Shown piece after piece: positions 41,577-57,114 of a stretch of DNA of 64,000 nucleotides (positions are counted from its first letter, which is position 1; every line of letters begins with the position of its first letter). The DNA lies in the NCBI GenBank assembly GCA_964016885.1, contig OZ024749.1, positions 23,684,001 to 23,748,000 on the forward strand. Direction: 5' to 3'. Source of the DNA: Eledone cirrhosa. Taxonomy: Eukaryota. Made by a program: the position numbers and the translations under genes. The notes under the pieces are model-generated. The model was given only the letters and a program-made list of their open reading frames with translations. It had not been told where the DNA came from and did no database searches.

Positions 41577-42787
41577 GTGGGCAGTGGCCGCTACAAAAAT
41601 CAAATTATGTATCCCCAGGAATACAGTGTTTGATACTTCATAGCCGCCGCGGTAAACATGGTTCCCTGTCTAGGGAATGTTACCCGATTTCTATAAGCTG
41701 TTTTAGGGCAACTGTCTGTAATTGCTGTTATTTTCAACATCTGAGCTACCAACATTTTCTTGTAAATATATTTTCTCGGCGCTTAGAATGTTCGAAAATT
41801 CTAGCTTCACACACGACGTTTGTCCATGAATATACATACTTAGTGTTAACAAATACAGCTTGATGTTATCGCCTGATATCTCGAACGAATAAATGGTAGA
41901 AAATTAATCAACACCATAGAAAAGAAATAATTAAGTTAGTTTTATCGTAATTAATATCATGAACCTGATATTTTTCATTAATTATTATTTAATCTAATAA
42001 TTAAAAATTACTTAAATGAGAAACGAGTAAATTATGTAATTATTAAGTAGTAAATTGTATACATTTTAAGGTAGGAGAAGAAATTGAATGTTAGTTTCAC
42101 GCGGGTCAAGAAAAACATGGGAGATAATCCCTAAACATGGACGTATATTACTATGGTAATGAAAAGCAAATAGTATAATTATCTAACATGAAAAACACGT
42201 TGTTTATTCGGAAGAAAACATCTATTTTTGTTATTTCAACAACAACACGGACAATATCAATTATAATAACAGCAACAACAGCACCATATTTACAATTATA
42301 GATTACGAATAATAATCTAAAAAATATAAATTATTTCAGATGGTTTATTTTGAACGAAATGGAATGAGATTAAAAAAATAAATAAATAAAACATATAAAC
42401 ACAAAAAGAATCAATAAAACTCTGAAAAACATCAACAAAGAAAACAGCAATTATAACAACAAGAATAGCAAAAACAACAGTGGTATCTTAATGCAAACGA
42501 CTATAGCCAAACTAGAAGTAAACATTCAGGTGTGAAGAGTGTAAAGTAAAAGCAAATCGGTTAGATTTACGAAGACGAGTAGTTCTGTATTATATTATGT
42601 TGGCATGTTTTTCTCTCTTTCTATCTTTCTGTGCTTCTATCTTTATTTAATCATTTATTTATTTATTACCACACAAACTCAGTGAACGATAAGGTCAACA
42701 TGACATTTCCTCTCTTTATGTGGATCTAAAAATAAACCTATACATAAAGTAATATATATATATGTATATATATATTATATATGTATC

Positions 42788-42866
<79 letters not shown>

Positions 42867-42919
42867 GTATATGTATGTATATATATGTATATGTATGTAT
42901 ATATATATATATATTATAT

Positions 42920-42972
<53 letters not shown>

Positions 42973-42979
42973 GTGTATG

Positions 42980-43135
<156 letters not shown>

Positions 43136-43320
43136 ATTACACACAAAAAATAATAATAGTAATGAGCGTAACAACGAACATTAAAACAAAAAAAGTTATA
43201 ACAATAATGAAGATATCTACTACTATTACCACTACTACTACTACAAATGCTGCTGCTGCTGCTCCTACATCTAATAATAATAATAATAATAATAATGATA
43301 ATAATAATAATAATAATAAT

Positions 43321-43500
43321 TGTTTCTACTTTTGGCACAAGGCCAGCAATTATCCCAGTGTATTACTGGTACTTTATTTTATCCACCCCATAAGGATGAA
43401 AGGCAAAGTTAACCTCGGCGGGATTTGAACTTAGAATAGCAAGGAACGTAACTCTTTGCTGCAAAGCATGTCGACCGACTCTCTACCGATACTGCCATCC
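43321..43500 (-). mobile_element. SINE family A within an (AAT)n tract
   Basis: Family body; (AAT)n on both sides. Confidence 0.9.
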
Positions 43501-43533
<33 letters not shown>

Positions 43534-44186
43534 TGTAAATAACAACAATATAAACAACGAAATCAACAACTAAAAATAATAACACCAACAACAAGATTAA
43601 GGTTACTACTATCAATAACAACAATAATAACAATAATAATAATAACAATAATATTAATAATTGCAGGAATAAATAAGACGAGATGAACTGGATAAGGGGG
43701 TGAAAAGAACCGGTTTCTTTTTCTAGATGGTGAATGACAATATATGTCAAAGCTGGTCTGTTTATATGATAACCTCCGAACAAAACAAAATGGTGGTTAT
43801 ATCGAACAGAGATAAGGAAGGAACTGAGGGTGGCGGCAACTGAAGTAGTTAGGTGGAACAAAAACAAACAAAAATTGAAGTGCAAGGACAAACTAAGATA
43901 AAGAGTGTTTGTAAATTTACTGGTGAGATTTGCACGTAGACCAGTGCATCTGAGAGACACTAGCACGATATATAACAATAGAGTTTACATATTAAATGGC
44001 TTACAAATACACACACACGCACACACAAATACAAACACACACACACACAAAGATATATGTATGTACATACACACACATATAGATAGAAATGCATATATAC
44101 CTTATATATATATATATATATATGTATGTATATATATATATGTATATGTATATATATATATTTATATATATATAGTATACATACGT

Positions 44187-44224
<38 letters not shown>

Positions 44225-44244
44225 AAGTATATATATGTGTGTGG

Positions 44245-44272
<28 letters not shown>

Positions 44273-44275
<3 letters not shown>

Positions 44276-44398
44276 CATGGATGTAGAAATGCTTATATAC
44301 GTTATATATATATATGTATATATCTACATATATATATATATATATATGTAGATATATACATATATATAACGTATATAAGCATTTCTACATCCATGTAT
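44273..44398. repeat. Near-perfect palindrome centred on (TA)n
   Basis: ATACATGGATGTAGAAATGCTTATATACG mirrored by CGTATATAAGCATTTCTACATCCATGTAT. Confidence 0.85.
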
Positions 44399-44422
44399 GT
44401 ATGCGCATGTGTACATTAGTAC

Positions 44423-44456
<34 letters not shown>

Positions 44457-44457
44457 A

Positions 44458-44527
<70 letters not shown>

Positions 44528-44796
44528 CGTACTCATGTACCCATATATATTTCATGACATCTTATAATTTACTGATTACATGCCTTGTTAGGGTGCATTT
44601 AATCGGTGTTTGAATGTGTGTGTGTGTACATGCGTGTGTACGTGTGTGTGTACATGTGTGTGTACATGTGTGTGTACATGTGTGTGTACATGTGTGAGAG
44701 ATGGGGAATTTCGTTCCTAGCGTGTCTTTGCATATGATCAAGCGTGTGCATGACGCACGCTCATAAATCTCATAAACTATATAGGATATAAATGTA

Positions 44797-45675
<879 letters not shown>

Positions 45676-46034
45676 TAGCACGTATAATATGATCGGAACG
45701 TTGAGATAAGAGATGGGATCAGAATTAGTAGTGTGATCAGTTACCTTTTATGTTGTAAACTGAACTTCAAGGAAATCTATACGAATGGATTCGTTCGTTG
45801 GTTCGTTCATTCTTCTTCCTTTTCTTTTTCTTTTTGTTCTCTTTACTTTTTATTTTTCTTCCTTTCTCTCTCTTTATCTCTTCTCCTCTGCCACCTTCTC
45901 CTCACAGCAGACATAAATGCACATCCACATCCACAATGACAAACAAACAGAAACCCACACCTGGCACAAATACGTGCCTATACATACACAATCATGCAGC
46001 TATAAATGCTCTGAAGCCCACAAATATATGCATG

Positions 46035-46067
<33 letters not shown>

Positions 46068-46091
46068 TACATACAAATTTACATATATATG

Positions 46092-46128
<37 letters not shown>

Positions 46129-46154
46129 ACATATAATACATACAAATATACATA

Positions 46155-46199
<45 letters not shown>

Positions 46200-46225
46200 A
46201 CATATAATACATACAAATTTACATA

Positions 46226-46272
<47 letters not shown>

Positions 46273-46292
46273 ACATATAATACATACAAATT

Positions 46293-46396
<104 letters not shown>

Positions 46397-47553
46397 CACA
46401 GATACACAAGCAGGAGAGTGAGAAATATTTCTACCGTCACATGTTATCGAGTATAACTTGGTTGTTAGTGACATGCTTTCTCTAATGGTGGTAGGTGTCC
46501 ATGCGATCGAGAGCAGATACTGACGACCTCTCAACCGTCTCTCAATTGATTACAGGAATATTCAAGATGTAACAACTAACAGGAGAATGGGTTGCACAAT
46601 CGATGGGCTAGTCCTTTATTTATTGACTCCTAACGGAGAGAATTAAGAGCGGACCATAACGAGATTTGGACACAGATATCCGAATCCCAGAACAAATTCC
46701 AACGCTCTGACGAGTTTGCGATGTCGACCACCTTCAACACAATTATAAGTACACACCCACATACATACACAGATACACAGAGATACACATACACATAAAC
46801 ACACACAAACACACACACCCACAGATGCAGATGCCCTCAAAACATACACATACACGGACTAACAGAGATACACACACACATACAAACAAAACACATACAC
46901 ATATACACACAACCACACGCATACACAGATACATTGACACACTCACAAACACACACATACACTCACAAACACACGCATACACAGAGACAGTGGCACACTC
47001 ACAAACACACACAAACAAAAAAGAAACACATACAGATACACACACACACACACACACACATATACTATACTCACAAATATATACACATGCTCCAAAACGT
47101 AAGCGCGTAGATACAATGAGACACGTATAAGCGCATTTAATTACCATTTATGATAAACTGATTGCCATATAAAGTTAAAAAACAACAGAGAAATTAATAA
47201 CTATTAATCCACAGTTAGCTAGATCTTATATTAGTTAATTAATCTAAGAGAAACTTTTGAAGAATATTTTAATTTAAATTGCAATTAGAAATCGCAGGCA
47301 TTTTAGAAGATATTTAACAAGATACACACTAATTGAATTTGAGACGTTAACATGGTCAAGTGTTGAAGATATTGGCGTCGGAATCATAAGACCTAGAGTT
47401 TCTCATCCTGTGGTATGTAGGATAACATGTGACCGAAGAATTGTGAACACGTATTGCTACCTTTCACACTGACTGCAGGGAGTTCATCGGATTAATACTC
47501 CACTCTATCTATATTTCAGATATATACGTGGTATATAAGATTCAGCTTAAGAA

Positions 47554-47598
<45 letters not shown>

Positions 47599-47722
47599 AC
47601 TGATGAGGAAAACTCCCCACCCCCTGTTCTTGCTTTCTTCGTATTCCCAGTGCATATTAAGTTACCTTAAATAGCAACTACACACCCATATCTATTCTCC
47701 ATATATTTCATTATATATATAA

Positions 47723-47755
<33 letters not shown>

Positions 47756-47864
47756 CGTAAGTTAGTTCCACAACAAAACAGCAAACTGTACTTATTTTGA
47801 AATTAACTCTATACCAAATTCGTCCTATGAACTGATATAAACATATGAGCACTCGGTGTCTTAC

Positions 47865-48001
<137 letters not shown>

Positions 48002-48066
48002 TGTGTGTGTGTGCGTGCGTGCCTGTCAGTGCGTTTATATATATATATATATATATTTTTTTTTTT

Positions 48067-48275
48067 TAGCAACGATCGACTTTCGTCTAATCGGACCGAG
48101 GAAACAAGGTTTTCGTTGGTCTTTCCACTATCTATCGGTCGCAACTCCAGGTAGAAGGAGCAACGTGAAATAAAGTGTCTTGCTCAAGGACATAACGCAT
48201 CGCCCGTTTCAGGACTCGAACTCACAACCCTAAGATTGTGAAATCAATTCTCTAACCATTCAGCCACACGCCTTA
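48067..48275 (-). mobile_element. CORE-type tRNA SINE, family D
   Basis: Minus strand GGCGTGTGGCTGAATGGTTAG (A-box), GAGTTCGAGTCC (B-box), GTCCTTGAGCAAGACACTTTA (CORE-like); second copy at about 63593-63815. Confidence 0.85.
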
Positions 48276-48289
48276 CTATATATATAGTA

Positions 48290-48865
48290 TATCATCATCA
48301 TCCTTTGACTCCTCTGTGGGCAGTCGGAACTATTTTGACAATCCCTTTCCACACTGTTCAGTCCTACATTGCTGTCCCCATATACCTTATGTCCAACCCT
48401 GGGTGTCTGGGAAAGTCAGTTTTCGTGTATAGTCACATCCTGAGGGATGTCACAGAAGGGGAGATGAAATGATTTCTTTCTCGACTCGATGACAGTGACC
48501 AGCCAACTGTAGTCTTTTTTGTTTGACTCTGAGGGATATTGGAATCAAATCTCCATAGACGATTTCAAGTGTTGCGTGTGATCTCCAGCTTATGTTTTTG
48601 ATAAAGGGTCCAGAACTTTAAATACCGTGGCTCTCAAGTCATAGACTCCCCAAAATATGTCTACACGGGATGTCTGCAACAGGATTGACAAGACTTGGGG
48701 CTCAAATTTATCATCCTCCTTAAATGTTCAAATCTTCGAACATTGATTGAACCAGTACTATATAGATCAGAAACGTGGACCTTATCTGTTCATCTTGAAA
48801 AACGGATGGATGGAGCATATACAAATCTGCTCAGAAGAATCAAAAGCATAAGCTGGAGATCACAC
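48290..48865 (-). mobile_element. RTE-like LINE 3' end with inverted 5' segment
   Basis: Minus 48290-48602 encodes NISWRSHATLEIVYGDL..RLQLAGHCHR with a (GAT)n tail; plus 48605-48865 encodes NFKYRGS..CNRIDKTW..SETWTL..EKRMDGAYTNLLR. Confidence 0.85.
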
Positions 48866-49941
48866 ATATATACATACACATGTCATGTGTATATATAATA
48901 AACTCGCTTTGCAACACTTTTTTTTCGTAGGCCAGGGCGTTCTAAATAACTTCCTATTTTAATCTACCACATCAAAAGTCTAAAATAATTTTGCCAGAAA
49001 TTCTGCTCTCCTGCAGTACTGAACCCATTATTTCGGGGATTTGTGAGTGTATACTATCATATGTAAGGTGTCATATGTACTCTTGGCCAGAGGGTTAAAC
49101 TATATAATTTCACCAGTGGAAAGACTAATAGAAATATTGTTTCCTGAGTGAGATCTGATGATCGGCCACTTATCTTTCTATATATGATATTACCTCATCC
49201 GAATTTGCTGATGAAACTTTCGAGCCCCTATGTCACACAGTCTGCATTTTCTATGAACATTAGATTGCGTAAATGTTGTAACAGCAGATAAAGTAAATGT
49301 AATAATACATCATATCTATACAGAATAATGAGAGAAACTGTGTATATAAGTTATAAGCCATAAGCTATAATCTAAAAGCTGCCCACTCAATAGCCTTACT
49401 GAAGTTCCTTATGACATATCTTGTTCAATAAGTACATTCAATAATTTCACCTCAGCGTGAAAACAAAGAGTATAACGCTTCTGGAAATCTCAACGGGGAC
49501 AGTAATGGAATCGTAAATTAGAAAGGCTTAGAATGTAAGATAAGAACGGCATTTTATCTCTTACATTTTACATTTATCCTTTTCATTATACCAAATCTTA
49601 TGTAAGGAAACTTCTCGGTAATCTTTGCAACTACAAAACAAATAAATCTCTGAAAACGTATAAGTATTAAGGAAACGTGTTCACTGTGCTGTCATTCCTG
49701 TCTAATAATACAGAAGTTTATGCCAGTGTACAAAGAAATTAACAGCATGTGTTTAAATCTCCTTAAATATATATTGAAACTATAAAAGCAAGCAAATATA
49801 TACAACACACTGACGAACACAATGGGTAATATACACCATATCTTGTTTCTATCTATCTATCTGTATATATCTCTCTGCATCTATCTATTTATATATTAAT
49901 TTAATCTGTCTGTATATTTATCTCATTTTCTCAATTCGTAC

Positions 49942-49979
<38 letters not shown>

Positions 49980-50269
49980 GAGAGAGAGAGAGATGTATAT
50001 AAATGAGAAAGTATAAGTCAACTACTGTCGCTAATTTAACCATTATTCTGTTGATGATAAGTATAGAGTAATGTTAAGTAGGCAGGAAGAAAAAAAGAAC
50101 AGCATCCGTTAATAAAAGGAACACTATGTCAGTAAAAGGGAGACAACCATAAACCAATTATAGCTGAGATTAAAGATTATCTAACTTTAGAGCATTTAAG
50201 ATTAGAATATTTAAAATAGACATACTGTGTAGTGTAAACATTGAGTCTAGTATGTAGCGAGAACGTACA

Positions 50270-51260
50270 TAATGTTGAAAGTGAGTGGTTCTTTGTTACA
50301 CGAACAAGATTATCTCCAGCAAGAAATAATATATTGAAATTGAACGGTACTTCCTCTGGAAGTACGCAATACTAACACAGTAAGTATTATATACAATGTT
50401 GAAAGTGAGCCATACTTCATCAGAGTTTCACACTATTCACACAACCAGCACTATACATTATATAGAAAGTGAGTGGTTAATCGTCAGTTACACAATATTT
50501 ACACAGCCAGCTCTATACATTATATAGAAAGTGAGTGGTTAATCGTCAGTTCCACAATATTTACACAGCCAGCATTATACATTATATAGAAAGTGAGCGG
50601 TTTATCGTCAGTTCCACAATATTGACATAGCCAACACTATAGATTATATAGAAACTAAATGGTTCATCCTCAGTTACACAATATTTATTCAACCAGCACT
50701 AAACATTATATAGAAAGTGAGCCGTGCTTCTTCTGAGGTACAAAACCAGCTTAACACATCCAACATCATATTCATTTTGAAAGGAGTCGGAATAGATTCG
50801 GTGAACTAAACATCCTAAGCAACACCATGGGCATACATTACGTGGATCTGAGCGGTGTTACTTCAGAATTATAAAAACAACATTATTAGTTCCAGCATCA
50901 AATTTAAGTTAAAAGAAAGCGGTGTTTCCTCAAAGGTAGAAGAACAGTATTAACACTACCGGTAGCAAACATTACGTTGAAAGAGTGTGCTGTTACTTCG
51001 GGGTCACAAAAACAGCATTAATACCGACAGCAGCATATATTATATTGAAAATAGCCAGTATTACCTCAAATATACACAACAAACATTATCGCTGGCTGCA
51101 TCATATTTATGATGAAAATGTGCGCTGCTGATTTGGGCAGTAAAACTGTTTTAACAACGCCAGAAAGATATATGTTGAAAGGAACTGTGCTACTTCAGGG
51201 ACCTGAACAGCATTAACACCGCCAGCAGCAAATAAATATTTCTGAAAAGCCGCGGAACTA
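50270..51260. repeat. Minisatellite, about 61-bp unit, decaying rightwards
   Basis: GAAAGTGAGTGGTTAATCGTCAGTTACACAATATTTACACAGCCAGCACTATACATTATATA-like units. Confidence 0.85.
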
Positions 51261-52048
51261 CTTTAGGTTTCAATGCACCAAAGTATTTTTAAGATAGCTT
51301 TCTATTATTTTACATATATATATATATTTTTTTTTTGGCAATCTCGGCATTGAAAAAGGGTATTATAATAATATTTGACACGTAATTTGACTGGCGTTTA
51401 TTTAAAAGCTTAAACTAGAAAATCACCGAATACTCCTGAGAAAACATTGAAAACTTGAAAGATTGCTTTCAACTTCCTGAGAATTCGAAGATAAGAGAAC
51501 ATTTTTAATCTCTCACCTAAACCATTATGTTTATACTACAAACTATTCTTACTTATCTTTTCTACAACAAAACTCAATATGTAAACTCTCATAAGAGGAG
51601 AATAAAACAATTTATATCTCTCATAAATATACTTAATAGCTTCCTAACCACCTTTCCATAAGCGTAAGTGTTTATTCGTTCGAAAATGATAATGACACCT
51701 AATCGCTTTAAATCTTCTTAAATTTAAATTTGAACTCTAAACTTTACAAGTATTCGTTTCTGTTAAATATATTTGGAAACCAAGGTTTGTATGTGGTTGG
51801 AAAAAAGTGAAAATCCATATCTCGAAAATAGCAACGATAAATCTATTGTCAATATATAGTGGTGCTGATACAAAGGAAGACAAAGAAAATATATTGATTA
51901 GAAATAAGAGCAAATTGTGTTAGGAAGAAAGACCATAACAAAATAGGGAAAGAGGTGTTAGTGATAAATGAGAAACTTTGGTTTCATAACGATGTATTCA
52001 TCGACAAATACACACACATGAAAAGTATCACACACACACACACACACA

Positions 52049-52134
<86 letters not shown>

Positions 52135-52267
52135 ACGTACATTTATATTACATACAAGTATATATATATATACGCAGAGGTTATATTAAATTTGTTGGGA
52201 TTCAACAAGCTTAAACATTTTCATAACTGATATAAAGAAATCAACATGTTAGAGGAGTAAATATTCA

Positions 52268-52577
52268 ATATATATATAAATGGTAACTATATTTATAAAA
52301 CCATATTTATTTTATTATATATATTTCAATGGCAACCATGGCGAATTATGGTGCGCTTTCATCAGATAAAATACAGATTATAAATAAATATTGACTATCC
52401 TGGGAACTTCAACCGTTCAGGTTGTCTTTTTTCCGGGTATGTCAATATTTATTTATAAAACAAATCTGTATTTTATCTGATGAAAGCGCACCATAATTTG
52501 CCTTGATTGCCTTTGAAATATATATAATAAAATAATTATCGTTTCATGAATATAATTTCTATTTATTAATATATTGT
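52268..52577. mobile_element. Palindromic Naiad-family pLTR pair with two outward-facing hammerheads (52309-52372 minus; 52470-52533 plus)
   Basis: Plus strand ATTTTAT-CTGATGA-AAGCGCACCAT..GCCTTT-GAAA-TATATAT-A-ATAAAAT, with a diverged mirror copy. Confidence 0.85.
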
Positions 52578-52615
52578 GTGTATATATATATATATATATA
52601 TAGCGATATATATAT

Positions 52616-53164
<549 letters not shown>

Positions 53165-53246
53165 ATATATATATATATATATAATGACAAATTTGAACAG
53201 GGACAGAACAGAGAGGCAGTACAATAAATGTTTATTAAATTCACGC

Positions 53247-53328
<82 letters not shown>

Positions 53329-53363
53329 TATATACATATATATATATACATATATACATATAC

Positions 53364-53396
<33 letters not shown>

Positions 53397-53397
53397 C

Positions 53398-53438
<41 letters not shown>

Positions 53439-53439
<1 letters not shown>

Positions 53440-53619
53440 TGGATTGGCAGTATCGGTAGAGGGTCGGACAACATGCTTTGACGCATAGAGTTACGGCCCT
53501 TGCCATTCTGAGTTCAAATCCCGCCGAGGTTAACTTTGCCTTTCATCCTTATGGGGTCGATGAAATAAAGTACCAGTAATGCACGGGGTAATTGCTGGCC
53601 TTGTGCCTAAAGTAGAAAC
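53439..53619 (+). mobile_element. SINE family A
   Basis: A-box, B-box and family body. Confidence 0.9.
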
Positions 53620-53629
53620 TCTCAGTTGC

Positions 53630-53666
<37 letters not shown>

Positions 53667-54113
53667 CACACACATATATATATATATATATAAGTATATA
53701 TATATATGAATACATATGTGACTGTAAGTATACACATATTACATATAAATGTGTGTGTATATATATATATGTGTGTGTATGTATGTGTGTGTGTATTAGA
53801 GAGAGATAGAGAGAGAGAGAGAGATTTCAATTCTTAAAAAGATGTCGAATACGGTGAATTGTTACAGAAACCGTCTTTAGTTTAAAACTTGTGTGGAAAA
53901 CAAAAGTATTATTTCAACGTATCGAAGGTTTGTGTTTCAGCAAAAACTTACATGTCAGAAGAGAGAGGAGAATGAATCTAGAGAAGAAAAATGAAAGAAG
54001 AATTTTAAAAAGTAAATGAGAAACAAGAGAAAGAGACGGAGTTATCAGGAAGAGTAAAAAGGGCTAACATAGAGGTATATATGTAGATTTGCTCGTGATT
54101 AGATGGGAAATAT

Positions 54114-54299
54114 TTGTTTCTACTTTTGGCACAAGGCCAGCAATCTATCCCAGTGTATTACTGTTACTTTATTTTATCGACCCCGTAAGGAGGAAAGGCA
54201 AAGTTAACCTCGGCGGGATTTGAACTCAGAATGGCAAAGGCCGTAACTCTTTGCTGTAAAGCATGGCGTGCGATTCTCTAACGATACTTCCAATCCACC
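54114..54299 (-). mobile_element. SINE family A
   Basis: A-box, B-box and family body. Confidence 0.9.
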
Positions 54300-54429
54300 A
54301 TTAGATCTGGAATATTGCAGATCAATCAGTGATGACGTTATGTGCGTGCGGTTAAACTGAATTCTCACAATAGAGACCACTGTTGAATTAGTCTATCGAT
54401 ATACCAGTGCGTATATGGGTATGGGACAA

Positions 54430-55135
54430 TTGTGGATTAGCGTGCATTAGTAAAAGTACAAATGAATGCACACGTGTGTGCTAGGTTATATGGGTGCGTG
54501 CATGTGTGTGTCTTTCTGTACAATTCGTTCGTATTAGTCGAAGCCTATAATTGTCTTTCTATATACTTTGCGTGTATTAGTCGAAGCCTATAATTGTCTT
54601 TCTATATACTTTGCGTGTATTAGTCGAAGCCTGAGGGTGTGTAACTAAAGGAATGTAGTTTTTTTTTGTTATGCGTCCATGGCAAGTTTGTGTCTTTCTG
54701 TACAATTCGTTTGTATTAGTAGAAGCCTATAATTGTTTGGGTTAATTACGTGTCTTCCTATATACTTTGCGTGTATTAGTCGAAGCCTGTGGGTGTGTAA
54801 CTAAAGGAATGTAGTTTTTTTTTGTTATGTGTGCATGGAAAGTTTGTGTCTTTCTGTATAATTCGTTTGTATTAGTCGAAGCCTATGGTTGTTTTGGGTC
54901 AATTGAGTGTCTTTCTATACACTTTGGGTGTATTAGTCAAAGCCTGTGGGTGCGTAACTAAATGAATGCACATGTGTGTGTTATGTGTGCGTGGCAAGTT
55001 TGTGTCTTTCTGTACAGTTCGTTTGAATTAGTCGAAGCCTGTGGTTGTTTAAGTCAATTGTGTGTCTTTCTATACATTTTGTGTGCATTAGTCGAAGCAT
55101 TTGGGTGGGTACGCAAATGAATGCACATTTGTGAA
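54430..55135. repeat. Minisatellite with TATTAGTCGAAGCCT core and three-subunit-like higher-order period
   Basis: Core recurs about nine times with alternating downstream variants. Confidence 0.85.
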
Positions 55136-55761
55136 TGCGTGCATGCCTGCGTTTCCGTGTCTGTGTGTGAGTGCGGGGGGGGGGATATCATCGGGTGGTG
55201 GTTTTATGCGTTTTGCCTCGGGATATGTGGGTACGTTTGTACACCCTGGCAGCTATCTGACACGGTATGCGCGCGCGCGAGCGTGTGTGTATGTGTGTGT
55301 GCGGGATAGATGTCATTGGGTGGTTGTTTTATGCAAGTTTGCATCGGATATGTTGGAACATTTGTAAACCCTAGCAGCTTCTGACGCCGTGTGCGACTGT
55401 GCATAAATAGATAGTGTAGGTGTGGATTGTAACAGTGCGTGAGGGTGTCAGAGAGAATGCAATTGTTGGTTATATGACTTTACTTGGGATGGGTGCGATT
55501 CGTTTCATTTGAAAGGGGTTTAAGTATGATTGAGTGGAGGGGATTTAAAAGAAACAGACAATATCTGGAAAATGGTAATCAGATCGATGGGAGATTCTGC
55601 TGAGAAATGATATGTTATGATCTGAGTGATTGTAGAAATAACTATTCTGTTGGTGAAGATACAGAATGTGACGGGTCTCTCGAAGGAGTGTTACGAGTTT
55701 AAAGAGAAGGAAAGGGCAATACGTTGTGTATAAGAAATACATAAAGACATACATATATATA

Positions 55762-55877
<116 letters not shown>

Positions 55878-56078
55878 ATTGTGTGTGTGTGTGTGTGTGT
55901 GTGGGTGTGTGTGTGTGTGTGTGTGTGTGTCTGTGTGTGTGTATGTCTGTGTGTATATGTATGCAGAGACAATTGTTTCCCGACATCCCAGATAACCAAA
56001 CATGCCAAAACTACATTGACCACATAAACACACAGATACACAAACAAATAAGAGAATAAGAGAAACAAATAAGAGAAT

Positions 56079-57114
56079 AACCATAAAATAGTCAATTTTC
56101 TAGATGTAACACTAAATCTCAACACATTTCTTCATTATCCATTTCACAAACTAAATGAGAAATTAAATTATGTCAATTTTAACTCTAATCACCCCAGATC
56201 CGTTAAAAATACTATAGTGAACTCGGTTCAAGAACGAATCTCAAGAATTTCATCTAATAAGAATATATTTGATGAAAAAGAGCATTATTACAACGAAGCG
56301 TTAGGTAGAGCTGGGTATAGAAATAAAATTAAATACATCGATAATAATAATAATATACAAAATAACCAAAATAATAACAACTTTAATTATGGTAACAATT
56401 TCAACAACTATAATAGAAAATATTACAATAACTCCAAAAGCCGAAAAAGAAATAGACCTAGGAATATATTATGGTTCGCTCCTCCTTTCTCACTAAATAT
56501 TAAAACCCCTATTGCTAAACTATTCTTTAAAGCTCTTGACAAACGATTCCCTAGAACACATAAATATTACTCAATTTTTAATAGACATACTATAAAATTA
56601 ACAAAATATTAATAGAATTAATAATAGAAATTTAAAACCTAACCAAAATACCAATAATAATCCAAGCAGTATTCAATCGAATAACTGTAACTGTAGAAAT
56701 AAATCAAACTGTCCGTTAAATAACAACTGCCTATCTAAAAATGTAGTTTATAATTGTAATGTTAAAACTAATTTAAATTTATTTAACTATGTCGGTTCTA
56801 CCTCTACAGAATTTAAATCCCGCTTCAATAATCATAAAAATTCTTTTACAGATCCAAACAAAAAATCTTCAACTTCGCTATCTAGCCTATTATGGGACCT
56901 AAAACGAGATAATGTTGAATATTCGTTGATTTGGAATATTATTTCATAAGCTACTCCTTTTAATTCCTCTTCTGAAAATTGTGATCTTTGTATAGAGGAA
57001 ATATTTTTTATATTAAAGACCAAACATTCCCTTAATTTAAGAAATAATTTATTCAGTTGCTGCAGACATAGATTGAACTCAACGTTTAAATATAAATATA
57101 AATTTAAAATGTAG
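56079..57114 (+). pseudogene. Naiad-like PLE ORF 3' half (RT end, thumb, CxC zinc finger, GIY-YIG)
   Basis: IVNFLDVTLNL; YVNFNSNHP; RNILWFAPPFS; IFNRHTIKL; CNCRNKSNCPLNNNCL; VVY..YVGST..FKSRFNNHKNSF; CDLCIEE; CCRH; frameshift/deletion near 56600 and one TAA. Confidence 0.9.

Noticed and set aside
46705-46730. CTGACGAG possible hammerhead core
   Set aside because: No downstream GAAA or stem III.
47598-47625. CTGATGAGG next to (TA)n
   Set aside because: No stem II closure or downstream GAAA half; at most a remnant.
48200-48275. Possible tRNA gene
   Set aside because: tRNA-like head continues into a CORE-like SINE body; no complete cloverleaf.
49155-49220. Two CTGATGA heptamers
   Set aside because: No paired stems with a correctly placed GAAA; consistent with chance.
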